Source: an uncultured Elusimicrobia bacterium
GTDB lineage: Bacteria; Elusimicrobiota; Endomicrobiia; DTEH01
Assembly: GCA_964561135.1 (NCBI GenBank)
Contig: CAZLOB010000022.1
Coordinates: 5,718 to 69,717 of the forward strand
Direction of reading: 5' to 3'
DNA: 64,000 bases
The notes below the pieces were generated by a model that saw only the letters and a list, made by a program, of their open reading frames with translations, searched no databases and was not told the origin of the DNA. Positions 1 through 10,080 of this stretch are shown here, one piece after another (position 1 is the stretch's first letter; the number at the start of each line of letters is the position of its first letter). Made by a program: the position numbers and the translations under genes.

Positions 1-1
1 T

Positions 2-523
2 CGTTCAGCCTTAGAAATATTAAGTGCTGTACCTTCTATTGTGATAGGTATATTTGTGTACGGATTAGTTGTGTTGCCGATGAAAAGATTTTCGTTGCTT
101 GCTGGTTCAATCGCATTAAGTATAATAATGATCCCGTTAGTCGCAAGGACTACTGAAGAAATGTTGAATATGATACCACCAACGATAAAAGAAGCTGGTT
201 TGGCTTTGGGAATAAAAAATTGGAAAGTGATTTTTTATATACTTCTTAACACAGCTAAACCTGGTGTTTTAACAGGGATATTGCTTGCTTTGGCAAGAAT
301 TTTTGGTGAAACAGCACCACTTTTGTTTACTGCTTTTGGGAACAGGTTTTGGCATAGGAGTTTGTTAGACCCTGCTGCTGCTTTACCATTACAAATATTT
401 ATTTATGCAATTTCACCATATGATGACTGGAACAGGCAAGCCTGGGCTGGTGCTTTTGTGTTAATTGCAATTGTTTATATTTTACTTATTATAAGCAGGA
501 AACTAATTTTAAAATATAAGTAA
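2..523 (+). CDS. pstA: phosphate ABC transporter permease PstA, C-terminal part (5' end outside window)
   Basis: The frame is open from the window edge (..RSALEILSAVPSIVIGIFVYG..). It has a hydrophobic multi-TM permease tail and is directly followed by pstB and phoU. Confidence 0.85.
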   Translation, partial: RSALEILSAVPSIVIGIFVYGLVVLPMKRFSLLAGSIALSIIMIPLVARTTEEMLNMIPPTIKEAGLALGIKNWKVIFYILLNTAKPGVLTGILLALARIFGETAPLLFTAFGNRFWHRSLLDPAAALPLQIFIYAISPYDDWNRQAWAGAFVLIAIVYILLIISRKLILKYK

Positions 524-530
524 TAATGAT

Positions 531-1292
531 ATGGAAGAGATAAAGATAAAAATAGAAGGGCTCTCTGCTTGGTATAGTGAACATCAAGTTTTAAAAAATA
601 TATCGTTTAATATTTATAAAAACAAAGTGACAGCTATAATTGGGCCATCTGGTTGTGGTAAGTCAACCTTAATAAGATGTATAAACAGGTTGCATGAAGT
701 TGTACCTTTTGCTAAGGTTACAGGTAAAATATATATAGATGACAAAAATATATACGATCCTGATGTTGATCCAATGGAAGTAAGAAAAAAAGTTGGTATG
801 GTTTTCCAACAGCCAAACCCGTTCCCTACGATGACAATTTATGATAATGTCGTAATTGGTCTCAAACTTAACGGTATTAAAGATAAAAAACAACTAAATG
901 AATTAGCAATACAAGCTTTGATTGAAGCAGGATTATACGAAGAAGTAAAAGATAAACTTAATTCTTATGCAACAAAACTTTCCGGTGGGCAACAACAAAG
1001 GTTGTGTATTGCAAGAACTTTAGCTTTGAAACCAGAGATAATTCTTTTTGATGAACCGTGTTCGGCTCTGGATCCAATTTCTACTGCAATAATAGAGAAT
1101 ACAATAGAGAAATTGAAAGAGAATCATACAGTGATAATTGTTACGCACAACTTACAACAAGCAGCAAGAGTTGCTGACTACACAGCATTTTTATATTTAG
1201 GTGAACTAATAGAATATGGTCCAACGAACTCGTTATTCACTGCACCAAAGATGAAAAAAACTGAAGAATACATAAGAGGAGTTTTTGGGTGA
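531..1292 (+). CDS. pstB: phosphate ABC transporter ATP-binding protein PstB
   Basis: Walker A GPSGCGKST, ABC signature LSGGQQQR, Walker B ILFDEP, and the PstB-typical MVFQQPNPFP. Confidence 0.95.
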   Translation: MEEIKIKIEGLSAWYSEHQVLKNISFNIYKNKVTAIIGPSGCGKSTLIRCINRLHEVVPFAKVTGKIYIDDKNIYDPDVDPMEVRKKVGMVFQQPNPFPTMTIYDNVVIGLKLNGIKDKKQLNELAIQALIEAGLYEEVKDKLNSYATKLSGGQQQRLCIARTLALKPEIILFDEPCSALDPISTAIIENTIEKLKENHTVIIVTHNLQQAARVADYTAFLYLGELIEYGPTNSLFTAPKMKKTEEYIRGVFG

Positions 1293-1395
1293 TTAATAGT
1301 TAAAGTTGACAGTTGAAGGTCATTTTGTGTGCTTTGTAAGAGTTTATATAGTAGAATTTAATACTATCAATAAATATTGGGAGGTGATGCCAAAC

Positions 1396-2061
1396 ATGTT
1401 TCAAGAAAAAATGTTAAGTTTAAAAAACAAAATAATAGAATTTGCTAATTTAGTAATTGATATGTCTAAAGAAACCTTTATACGGTTGAAAAACAGAGAT
1501 GAAAATATTGAAAAGTTAGTAATGGAACGCGAGACAAAAGCAAATAATATGGAAGTAGAAATAGAAGAAGATTGTGTATACATTATAGCACAATATGGAC
1601 CAAAAGCAACTGACTTAAGGTTTGTTATCACGGTATTAAAAATGAGTAACGATTTTGAACGTATTGCTGACCATGTAGTAAATATTGCTCAAAGTGGAAA
1701 AATTTTGATAATGAACAATATGTACATTTTAAAAACATTCTGGAATCTTTTAGAAGAACTTTTTAACAAATCCTCATACATGTTTGAAACAAGCATAAAA
1801 GCGTTTATAAACAAAGATATAGGACAAGCAAAGTATATTTGCAAGTTTGATCAAGAAGTAGATATGTTAAAAAGAGATATATACAAAAAACTTGTTGAAG
1901 AAATAAAAAACAATCCTGAAAATATTGAGAATTTGTTACATATTGAAAGAATAATAAACAATCTTGAACGTATTGCAGATTTGTCTACTAACATTTGTGA
2001 AGATGTTGTGTTTTTATACGAAGCAGCAATTATAAAACATCATAAGAAAGAAATTTTGTAG
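1396..2061 (+). CDS. phoU: phosphate signalling regulator PhoU
   Basis: Two PhoU repeats (FERIADHVVNIA and LERIADLSTNICEDV). I moved the start to the ATG at 1396, downstream of GGGAGGTG. ATG 1387 is an alternative, and the ORF-track start at 1306 looks like an upstream extension. Confidence 0.85.
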   Translation: MFQEKMLSLKNKIIEFANLVIDMSKETFIRLKNRDENIEKLVMERETKANNMEVEIEEDCVYIIAQYGPKATDLRFVITVLKMSNDFERIADHVVNIAQSGKILIMNNMYILKTFWNLLEELFNKSSYMFETSIKAFINKDIGQAKYICKFDQEVDMLKRDIYKKLVEEIKNNPENIENLLHIERIINNLERIADLSTNICEDVVFLYEAAIIKHHKKEIL

Positions 2062-2064
2062 TTT

Positions 2065-3078
2065 ATGTTATTTATACTTTTTATTGTTTTAAACCTTTCC
2101 TTTAATTTATACTCAGAGGTAAGGATAGTTGCAGTAGGTGATTTCATGCCTGGAAGTACTTATCCAAAACCGATACTTCTCTCTAAAGAAAAACTTGATG
2201 AAATTTGTGAAAATATAAAACAATATATACCTCAAGCTGATATAAAAATATTTAACTTAGAAGGGGTTTTAACAACAAGTACACAACCTTTTAAAAGAAT
2301 TAAAAAAACTTATTATTTTGCAATACCACCTGAATATGTGACAATAATAAAAAAATTAGGGTTTAACACAGCAAGTCTGGTTAACAACCATGTGTTAGAT
2401 TTTGGTTTAAGCGGATATAAAGAAACAGTAAAAATTTTAGAAGAAAATCAAATAAAGTATGCTGGTGAAAAAGGTAAGTTTGCTGAGTTTATTGTTAAGG
2501 AAAAAAAAGTTTGTGTTGTATCGTTCGGTTTTACTTATCCTAAAAAATTTTATTCAATTTTAAACATTAACGAAGCAAAAAAAGTTGTCACTGAATTAAA
2601 AGAAAAATATGATATAGTTATTGTTTCTTTTCATGGTGGCAAAGAAAGTTTTGAAAGGACTTTTGATGAAATGGAAGAATTTTTATCAGAAAAAAGGGGT
2701 AACTTAATAGCGTTTAGTCATGCTGTTATTGACGCAGGTGCTGACTTAGTAATAGGTCATGGTCCACATGTTCCACGTGCATTAGAGTTGTATAAGAAAA
2801 AACTTATTGTTTATAGCCTGGGAAACTTTTTTACATATGCAAGGTTTAATTTAGAAGGTATACGTTCATATGCACCAATGATATACGTTCTTCTTGATGA
2901 CGAGGGAAATTTTAAAGAAGGTAAAATAATACCGTTTATACAAACTGGTTTAGGTATACCTGTTTTTGATAACGAAAAAAAAGTTGTTAAATTAATAAAA
3001 AAATTAACTGAGCTTGACTTCCCACAAACAACATTGCATATTGACGAGGAAGGGAATCTGCAAATTAAACAATATTAA
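2065..3078 (+). CDS. CapA/PGA_cap-family metallophosphoesterase, probably secreted or membrane-anchored
   Basis: Hydrophobic N-terminus. Family motifs VAVGDFMPG, LVNNHVLDFG, VSFHGGKE, GHGPHVPR and YSLGNFF. Confidence 0.7.
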   Translation: MLFILFIVLNLSFNLYSEVRIVAVGDFMPGSTYPKPILLSKEKLDEICENIKQYIPQADIKIFNLEGVLTTSTQPFKRIKKTYYFAIPPEYVTIIKKLGFNTASLVNNHVLDFGLSGYKETVKILEENQIKYAGEKGKFAEFIVKEKKVCVVSFGFTYPKKFYSILNINEAKKVVTELKEKYDIVIVSFHGGKESFERTFDEMEEFLSEKRGNLIAFSHAVIDAGADLVIGHGPHVPRALELYKKKLIVYSLGNFFTYARFNLEGIRSYAPMIYVLLDDEGNFKEGKIIPFIQTGLGIPVFDNEKKVVKLIKKLTELDFPQTTLHIDEEGNLQIKQY

Positions 3079-3219
3079 ATCAATCCTTTATGTATCTAAA
3101 TCGTATATTCAAAAAAAAATGACAAGCACGTTAAGCAATTTTTAAAACTATTGATTTTTAGAATATAAATTAGTAAATGATTAAAGTGTCAAATTTTAAA
3201 CTATATTTTGTAAACAATC

Positions 3220-4342
3220 ATGACAATAAATCAAGAATTAATTGAAAAATACAAAGATCTTGTTTCTGAAATAGGAAAGATTGGAGATTTTCTTTAACAT
3301 TGCTGAAAAAGAAAAACTTTTGGCTGAGATACAACAAAAACTTGCTAATACTCAACTGTGGCAAAACACTTCTTCACAACAATATCTTGAACTAACAAAA
3401 CAATTTCAAGAAGTTCAAAAGAGTTTAGAAGTATATAACAAAATAAAATATTTACAACAAGAGTTAGAAACAATATTAGAACTACATAAAGAAACAGATG
3501 AACATTCTTTGGCAACAGAGTTTAAAAATTATCTTGCAGAACTACAGCAAATTGTAAACCAACTTAAGTTAACAATTTTTCTTAACGAACCATATGATAA
3601 ATCTAACGCTATTGTAACGCTTCATGCAGGCGCTGGTGGAACTGAAGCTTGTGACTGGGTTGAGATGTTGTTTAGGATGTACACACGTTGGGCAGATAAA
3701 AAAGGGTTTAAAGTAGAACTTGTTGATATTTCAAAAGGTGAGGAAGCGGGTTTTCGTAGTGTTATGTTTATTGTTAAGGGAGATTATGCATATGGTTTAC
3801 TTAAAGGTGAGGAAGGTGTACATAGGTTAGTGCGAATATCACCCTTTGATGCAAACAAAAGACGACATACATCGTTTGCAAGTTGTGATGTTGCAGCAGA
3901 AGTTGCTGAAGAAGAAATAGTTATTGACGAAAATGATTTAAAGATAGAGACATTTCGTGCTTCAGGCCATGGTGGACAACATCTACAAAAAACTGAGTCT
4001 GCAGTAAGGATTACTCATATACCCACAGGGATTGTGGTACAATGTCAGACAGAACGGTCTCAGTTAAAAAATAAACTAACTGCTTTAAAAATTTTAAAAT
4101 CAAGATTGTACAAACTTAAAAAAGAACAAGAATTAAAAGAAAAGCAAAAAGAACGTATACAGAAAGGTGAGATTGGCTGGGGTAGGCAAAAACGTTCTTA
4201 CATTTTTATGCCGTATCAACTTGTAAAAGATCATATTACAGGAGTTGAAGTAGGAGATATTAATTCTGTAATGGACGGAGAAATAGATGTTTTTATTCAA
4301 GCATATCTTGAATATATTGCAAAAAAGAATAAAAAAATATGA
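3220..4342 (+). CDS. prfB: peptide chain release factor 2, made by a programmed +1 frameshift: join(3220..3294,3296..4342)
   Basis: ORF0 is 25 codons (MTINQELIEKYKDLVSEIGKIGDFL) and ends at TAA 3295-3297. The +1 frame continues NIAEKEKLL... The protein has the RF2 SPF motif (RISPFDA) and GGQ (SGHGGQ). The 25-codon ORF0 length matches E. coli prfB. Confidence 0.9.
3283..3298 (+). other. prfB +1 frameshift cassette: SD-like GGAGAT, TTT spacer, slippery CTT, in-frame TAA, then C
   Basis: Read directly as GGAGATTTTCTTTAAC. The architecture matches E. coli AGGGGGTATCTTTGAC except that the stop codon is TAA rather than TGA. Confidence 0.85.
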
Positions 4343-5409
4343 ATCAAATAGAGAATTTAAGGAAAAAAATAAACCGGATCGATCTAAAAATACTGAATTT
4401 ATTGAACCGTCGTGCTGAGATTGCAAAACAAATTGGCCAAATCAAATCTTCTAAAGGATACCAAATTTATTCTCCAGAACGAGAAAAAGAAATTATACAA
4501 AAAATGATAAAACATAATATGGGACCATTAGATGAGGAAGATGTGAAAGAAATTTTTTCTTTGATTATTCAAATCTGCAGGTATCAACAAAAAAAATTTA
4601 AAGTTTCATATTTAGGTCCTGAAGGAACTTTTACCCAACTTGCAGCAATAAAAATTTTTGGTAATAGAAACATTTATATACCTAAAGAAACAATAGGCGA
4701 TGTGTTTTACAGTGTTGAAAAAAACGAGGTTGAGTACGGTGTTGTTCCTGTAGAAAACACTACTGAAGGTATTGTTTCTCATACACTTGATATGTTTTTA
4801 GAATGTGATTTATACATCTGTGGCGAACTTGATATGAAAATTTCACATTGTTTGCTTTCAAAAGAAAACTCTATTAAAAAAATAAAGTATGTATATTCTA
4901 ACCCACAAGCTTTTGCTCAATGTAAAAACTTTGTTTCTACAAAGTTACATTATGCGAAACTAATTGAAGTGTCTTCTACTGCGGAAGCAGCAAAAATTGT
5001 TGCTAAAAAAAGGTATTCTGCAGCAATATCCTCAGAAGTAAGTGCCAAAATTTATAAATTAAACATTTTAGAAAGAAACATACAGGATTTAGAAGATAAC
5101 TACACAAAGTTTATTGTTATTGGTAAACACCCTATAATGAGACCATCTGGGAAAGATAAAACATCAATTTTGTTTTCTTTAAAAGACAGGGTTGGTATAC
5201 TGCATGACGCTTTAGCACCGTTTAAAAAACATGGGATTAACCTAACAAAGATAGAATCCAGACCGTCAAAACAACGTCCATGGGAATATGTTTTCTTTGT
5301 AGATTTTGTTGGCCATATAAACGATAAAAATGTTAAAAAAGCAATTGAAGAACTGGAAAATTTGTGTACAAATTATAAATTTTTAGGTTCGTATCCACAA
5401 GCGAAATAA
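4339..5409 (+). CDS. pheA: bifunctional chorismate mutase / prephenate dehydratase (P-protein)
   Basis: N-terminal chorismate mutase helix (LRKKINRIDLKILNLLNRRAEIAKQIG), a PDT domain (VSYLGPEGTFTQ) and a C-terminal ACT domain (GILHDALAPFKKHGINLTKIESRP). The start overlaps the prfB stop as ATGA. Confidence 0.9.
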   Translation: MNQIENLRKKINRIDLKILNLLNRRAEIAKQIGQIKSSKGYQIYSPEREKEIIQKMIKHNMGPLDEEDVKEIFSLIIQICRYQQKKFKVSYLGPEGTFTQLAAIKIFGNRNIYIPKETIGDVFYSVEKNEVEYGVVPVENTTEGIVSHTLDMFLECDLYICGELDMKISHCLLSKENSIKKIKYVYSNPQAFAQCKNFVSTKLHYAKLIEVSSTAEAAKIVAKKRYSAAISSEVSAKIYKLNILERNIQDLEDNYTKFIVIGKHPIMRPSGKDKTSILFSLKDRVGILHDALAPFKKHGINLTKIESRPSKQRPWEYVFFVDFVGHINDKNVKKAIEELENLCTNYKFLGSYPQAK

Positions 5410-5419
5410 GTTTAAAACA

Positions 5420-6541
5420 ATGAAAAAAAATATACCGCTACCACAACCTAGAAAAGAAATAAAAAATTTTCAACCATATATTCCTGGCAGACCTATTGAA
5501 GAAATTCAGGATAAATTTGGACTAAAAAATGTTTACAAACTTGCCTCAAACGAAAATCCGCTCGGTTGTTCAAAAACAGTAAAAAATCTTTTAGGCAAAT
5601 TGTACACTTTATTTCATAGGTATCCTGAAGGGTCAAGTTTAAAACTAAGAGAAAAAATTGCAAAAAAGTTTAATGTTTCAAAAGAAGAAGTGATAATAGG
5701 TGCTGGTACTGACGAACTTATCGAACTTCTTGGTAAAACATATCTTTCAAAAGAAGACAATATTGTTGTCTCAAACCATGCGTTTATAAGATATAAAATG
5801 GCAGGCGAGCTTATGGGTTGTAAAGTAATATCAGTACCAATGAAAGATTTTACTCATGATTTGTTCTCAATGGCAAAAAAAGTTAACAAAAAAACTAAAA
5901 TTGTTTTCATTGCTAATCCTAACAATCCAACTGGAACATATAATACAAAAGATGAAGTAAATTGGATGTTAAAATATTTTTTAGAAAAAAAACTTTATCC
6001 AATAGTTGTATTTGATGAAGCGTATTACGAATATGCAAAAGTTTTCAATGATTATCCGGACAGTTTGTCTTTGCGCAAATTATATCCAAATATTGTCATA
6101 CTTAGGACATTTTCAAAAGTATATGGTCTTGCAGGGTTAAGAATAGGGTTTGGTATTTCAAGAAAAGAAATTATTGCTGAATTAGACAGGGTTCGTCCCC
6201 CGTTTAATGTTTCTGTTGTAGCACAATATGTTGCAGAAAAGGCTATTGATGATGAAGAACATATAGAAAAATCCGTGTCTCATGTTATCCGTGAGAAAGA
6301 ATTTTTGTATACTCAATTAGATAAACTTAAAATTGATTATATAAAGTCAGCAACAAATTTTGTTTTAATCAATGTTTATCCAAAGAAAGGAATTGATGTG
6401 TTTTCAAAATTGCTTAGTAAAGGTATTATTGTACGCGCAATGGATGAGTACGATTTACCAAATCATATACGAGTAACTATTGGGACAAGGAAAGAAAATA
6501 TTAAGTTCATAAACAATTTCAAACAAATAATAAAAAACTAA
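5420..6541 (+). CDS. hisC: histidinol-phosphate / aromatic aminotransferase (class II PLP enzyme)
   Basis: LASNENPLG, NPNNPTG and the PLP-lysine motif RTFSKVYGLAGLRIG. It sits inside an aromatic amino acid gene block. Confidence 0.85.
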   Translation: MKKNIPLPQPRKEIKNFQPYIPGRPIEEIQDKFGLKNVYKLASNENPLGCSKTVKNLLGKLYTLFHRYPEGSSLKLREKIAKKFNVSKEEVIIGAGTDELIELLGKTYLSKEDNIVVSNHAFIRYKMAGELMGCKVISVPMKDFTHDLFSMAKKVNKKTKIVFIANPNNPTGTYNTKDEVNWMLKYFLEKKLYPIVVFDEAYYEYAKVFNDYPDSLSLRKLYPNIVILRTFSKVYGLAGLRIGFGISRKEIIAELDRVRPPFNVSVVAQYVAEKAIDDEEHIEKSVSHVIREKEFLYTQLDKLKIDYIKSATNFVLINVYPKKGIDVFSKLLSKGIIVRAMDEYDLPNHIRVTIGTRKENIKFINNFKQIIKN

Positions 6542-6891
6542 TGCAATATTTAGTTTTAGGTATAGTTGCGGGTATATTAGGTGGGTTGTTAGGTATAGGT
6601 GGTGGTACAATCATAGTTCCATATTTAGTTTATATTAAAAATTTTACTCAACATCAGGCACAAGGTGTAAGTTTAATACTTGCGGCTTTACCAATTGGTT
6701 TGCTTGCTTTATTGAAATATTACAAAGAAGGGAACTTTGATTTAAAGATAGGTTTTATAATAGCAATTGGTTTTTTTCTTGGTGGATATTTAGGTGCCAC
6801 AATAGCACATAAAATTCCTGAAAACCTACTTAGGAAATTATTTGGTATATATTTGCTACTTTTAGGTTTAAAAATGGTATTCGGCAAATGA
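6541..6891 (+). CDS. half-size TSUP (TauE/SafE-like) membrane protein, 116 aa with about 4 TM segments
   Basis: Gly-rich TM motifs typical of TSUP (GILGGLLGIGGGTIIVP and GFFLGGYLGA). It is only about half the usual family length. Confidence 0.65.
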   Translation: MQYLVLGIVAGILGGLLGIGGGTIIVPYLVYIKNFTQHQAQGVSLILAALPIGLLALLKYYKEGNFDLKIGFIIAIGFFLGGYLGATIAHKIPENLLRKLFGIYLLLLGLKMVFGK

Positions 6892-6906
6892 AAGGAGGGA
6901 AAACAA

Positions 6907-7923
6907 ATGATATTAGTTTTAAAAAATAATATCTCAGAAGAACAATTTAATCATATAATAGAAAAAATTAAAGAGTTAGGTTTTACACCACATATATCCA
7001 GGGGTGTAAAAAAGACAATTGTTGGTTTAATTGGAGAACAAGCTGAACGTTATAGAGAAATTTTTGAATCAATAGAAGGTATTGAACATATTTCTGAAAT
7101 TGAGAACCCGTTTAAGTTAGCAAGTAGAGAATTTAAAGAAGAAGATACAATAGTAAAAGTAAATCCTGAGGTTGAGCTTGGTGGTAAAAAAATTGTTGTT
7201 ATAGCTGGACCTTGTGCTGTTGAATCTAAAGAACAATTTTTAACTATTGCGAAAGAGGTTAAGAAACACGGTGCTGTTTTGTTACGAGGAGGTATTTTTA
7301 AACCACGTACTTCACCATATTCGTTTCAAGGGTTAGGTAAAGATGGACTAAAAATTTTAAAAGAAGTAAAAGAAGAAGTTGGGTTAGGTATTGTATCTGA
7401 AGCGATGAATATTGAACAAGTTGAAATTTTAGCTGAATATGTTGATATTATACAAATTGGTGCAAGAAATGTACAAAATTTTGAGTTACTTAAAGCTGCT
7501 GGAAGAATAAAAAAACCTGTATTATTAAAACGTGGTATGGCAACAACAATCAAAGAATGGCTAATGTCAGCAGAATATATTATGGCAGAAGGAAATTATA
7601 ACGTAATACTTTGTGAACGAGGTATACGTACGTTTGAAGATTCAACAAGGTTTACTTTAGACTTAAATGCGATACCTGTAGTAAAAAGTTTATCTCATCT
7701 ACCTGTAATTGTTGATCCAAGCCATGGTATAGGAATAAGAAATTTTGTACCAACAATGGCAAAGGCTGCTATTGTAGCAGGTGCCGACGGGTTAATCATA
7801 GAAGTACATCATAATCCTGAACAAGCACTTTCTGATGGCCCACAAAGTATCTATCCGTACCAGTTTGCACAACTTATGCAAGACCTTAGAAAACTTGTGG
7901 AAGCTATCGGAAGAAGTATATAG
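6907..7923 (+). CDS. aroF: 3-deoxy-7-phosphoheptulonate (DAHP) synthase, type I-beta with an N-terminal regulatory domain
   Basis: AGPCAVES, GARNVQNF and VDPSHG motifs. The length of 338 aa and the roughly 80-aa N-terminal extension resemble Thermotoga-type DAHPS. A GGAGGG RBS lies upstream. Confidence 0.9.
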   Translation: MILVLKNNISEEQFNHIIEKIKELGFTPHISRGVKKTIVGLIGEQAERYREIFESIEGIEHISEIENPFKLASREFKEEDTIVKVNPEVELGGKKIVVIAGPCAVESKEQFLTIAKEVKKHGAVLLRGGIFKPRTSPYSFQGLGKDGLKILKEVKEEVGLGIVSEAMNIEQVEILAEYVDIIQIGARNVQNFELLKAAGRIKKPVLLKRGMATTIKEWLMSAEYIMAEGNYNVILCERGIRTFEDSTRFTLDLNAIPVVKSLSHLPVIVDPSHGIGIRNFVPTMAKAAIVAGADGLIIEVHHNPEQALSDGPQSIYPYQFAQLMQDLRKLVEAIGRSI

Positions 7924-7929
7924 CTACTG

Positions 7930-8802
7930 ATGCAAATAAAACAGATAAGTATAATAGGTGTAGGTCTCATTGGTGGATCAATTGGTTTAGCATTAAAAAA
8001 ATGTTTATCTTCTGTAGTTATTATTGGTGTTGGGAGGAATGTTGACAAGTTAAAAATTGCAAAAGAAAAAGGATGTATTGACAAGTTTACAACTGATATT
8101 AAAGAAGGTGTAAAAGACGCAGATATTGTCATTATTAGTGTTCCTGTTAATTTAACTATAAAATTCGTAGAGTTAGTTTTACCATATGTGAAAGAAGATG
8201 CTGTAATAACAGATGTTGCGTCAGTGAAAAATGAAATAATAAAAAAAGTAAAACAAAAGATATTAAAGGTAAAGAAAACAAAAAAAGTACATTTTGTAGG
8301 TTGTCATCCATTAGCAGGACTTGAAAAATCAGGTGTTGAATATGCAAAAGAAAACCTGTTTGAAAATTCTGTCTGCGTTATATGTTATGACAAAACAATA
8401 TGTTCTAAAGATGCTTTAAATAAAATAAAATTTTTGTGGGAAACAATGAAAGCAAATGTCGTTGATCTTGATCCACACAAACATGATAAAATTCTCGCAT
8501 TAACAAGTCATATGTTACATATTATAGCATATGTTTTAGCAAAACAAATTAATTCAAAAAAGGAATATTTAAAATTTACTGCTGGTGCGTATAGAGATAT
8601 GACACGTATCGCTGCGTCAAACCCTGAAATGTGGGCTCAAATATGTTATATGAACAGAAGTTTTGTAAAAAACGAGTTAAAAAAATTTTTAAACTTAACA
8701 AAACAAGTTCTAAACTGTTTAGACAACTACAATAAATTAAAAAAATTTTTCAGTACAGCTTACAGACTTAAACTAAAAAGTTATGAACATAAAAGTATAT
8801 AA
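7930..8802 (+). CDS. tyrA: prephenate dehydrogenase
   Basis: Rossmann motif IIGVGLIGGS, plus GCHPLAG and the TSHMLH family pattern. Confidence 0.85.
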   Translation: MQIKQISIIGVGLIGGSIGLALKKCLSSVVIIGVGRNVDKLKIAKEKGCIDKFTTDIKEGVKDADIVIISVPVNLTIKFVELVLPYVKEDAVITDVASVKNEIIKKVKQKILKVKKTKKVHFVGCHPLAGLEKSGVEYAKENLFENSVCVICYDKTICSKDALNKIKFLWETMKANVVDLDPHKHDKILALTSHMLHIIAYVLAKQINSKKEYLKFTAGAYRDMTRIAASNPEMWAQICYMNRSFVKNELKKFLNLTKQVLNCLDNYNKLKKFFSTAYRLKLKSYEHKSI

Positions 8803-10075
8803 GAAAGACAAAATTAAAGCAGAAATAGAAGTTCCTCCAGACAAATCTATAACACATAGAGCTATAATGTTAGCATCTATATCTTCAGGTGTATCAGAGA
8901 TACACAATTTTTTAAAAAGTAAAGATTGTTATTCTACTATTAACGCTTTTAGGTCGCTTGGAGTAAAAATTGTTGAAGAAAAAAATACATTAAAAGTTTA
9001 CGGTGTTGGTATGGAAGGATTAAAACAACCAAACGATGTTATTGACGCTGGTAACTCTGGCACTACAGTAAGGTTAATATCAGGCATTCTTGCTGGAAAC
9101 GAGATAGAAGTAAAAATTGTTGGTGATGAAAGTTTGTCAAAACGTCCAATGAAACGTATTGTAGAACCGTTATCTCTTATGGGTGCAAAAATTGTTGCTA
9201 CTGAAGGTAACTATTTGCCTATGACTATATATGGAAGCAAAAACTTAAAATCTATCACTTGGGAAAGTAAAATTGCGTCAGCACAAGTAAAATCTTGTAT
9301 TCTATTTGCAGGAATGTATGCAGAAGGTGAAACAATTTATATCGAACCACAAATATCAAGAGATCATACAGAACGTATGTTACAATACTTGGATGTAAAC
9401 ATTGAGAAAAAAGATAGGGTGTGCTCAATTAAGGGTAAAATAAAAAGAATAAAAAATTTTGAAATTGAAATACCAGGAGATCCATCTTCTGCAAGCTATT
9501 TTGTAGCAATTGGTATCTTAACAAAAGATTCTGAGATAGTTATAAGAAATGTTTGTGTAAATCCTACTCGTATGGGATTTATAAACACTTTAATAAAAAT
9601 GGGCGCAAATATAAGTTTGACAAACTTAAAAACAAAATATAATGAACCTGTTGCTGATCTTGTTGTAAAAAGTAGTAAACTAAAAGGTATAAACATATCT
9701 GCTGACGATGTACCATCAATGATTGATGAACTACCGCTGCTTGCTGTTATTGCGACACAGGCTGATGGTTTAACAGAAATACGTGGTGCACAAGAATTAA
9801 GAGTAAAAGAATCTGACAGAATCAAAACTATTACAACTGAACTACAAAAATTAGGTGCAAAAATTGTTGAACTTGAAGATGGTATGATTGTAATGGGTAA
9901 TACAAAACTTTCTTCTGAAAAAGATATTATTGAATTAGAATCTTATAAAGACCATAGGATTGCTTTAAGTTTAGCTGTAGCTGGAACTATTTGTGAAAGA
10001 AATGTAGTTATAAAAGATGCTGAGTGTGTTGATATATCTTTTCCAAACTTTTGGGAAATTTTTAATAGTTTATAA
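8783..10075 (+). CDS. aroA: 3-phosphoshikimate 1-carboxyvinyltransferase (EPSP synthase), class II-like
   Basis: PPDKSITHRA, GNSGTTVRL, KESDRI and DHRIA motifs over the full length. Confidence 0.95.
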   Translation: MNIKVYKKDKIKAEIEVPPDKSITHRAIMLASISSGVSEIHNFLKSKDCYSTINAFRSLGVKIVEEKNTLKVYGVGMEGLKQPNDVIDAGNSGTTVRLISGILAGNEIEVKIVGDESLSKRPMKRIVEPLSLMGAKIVATEGNYLPMTIYGSKNLKSITWESKIASAQVKSCILFAGMYAEGETIYIEPQISRDHTERMLQYLDVNIEKKDRVCSIKGKIKRIKNFEIEIPGDPSSASYFVAIGILTKDSEIVIRNVCVNPTRMGFINTLIKMGANISLTNLKTKYNEPVADLVVKSSKLKGINISADDVPSMIDELPLLAVIATQADGLTEIRGAQELRVKESDRIKTITTELQKLGAKIVELEDGMIVMGNTKLSSEKDIIELESYKDHRIALSLAVAGTICERNVVIKDAECVDISFPNFWEIFNSL

Positions 10076-10080
10076 AAATT

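Noticed and set aside
1293-1395. The ORF-track N-terminal extension of phoU (start 1306), and a TTGACA hexamer near 1307.
   Set aside because: The extension (MTVEGHFVCFVRVYIVEF...) is not PhoU-like, and a strong GGGAGG RBS precedes the internal ATGs. No properly spaced -10 element follows the TTGACA.
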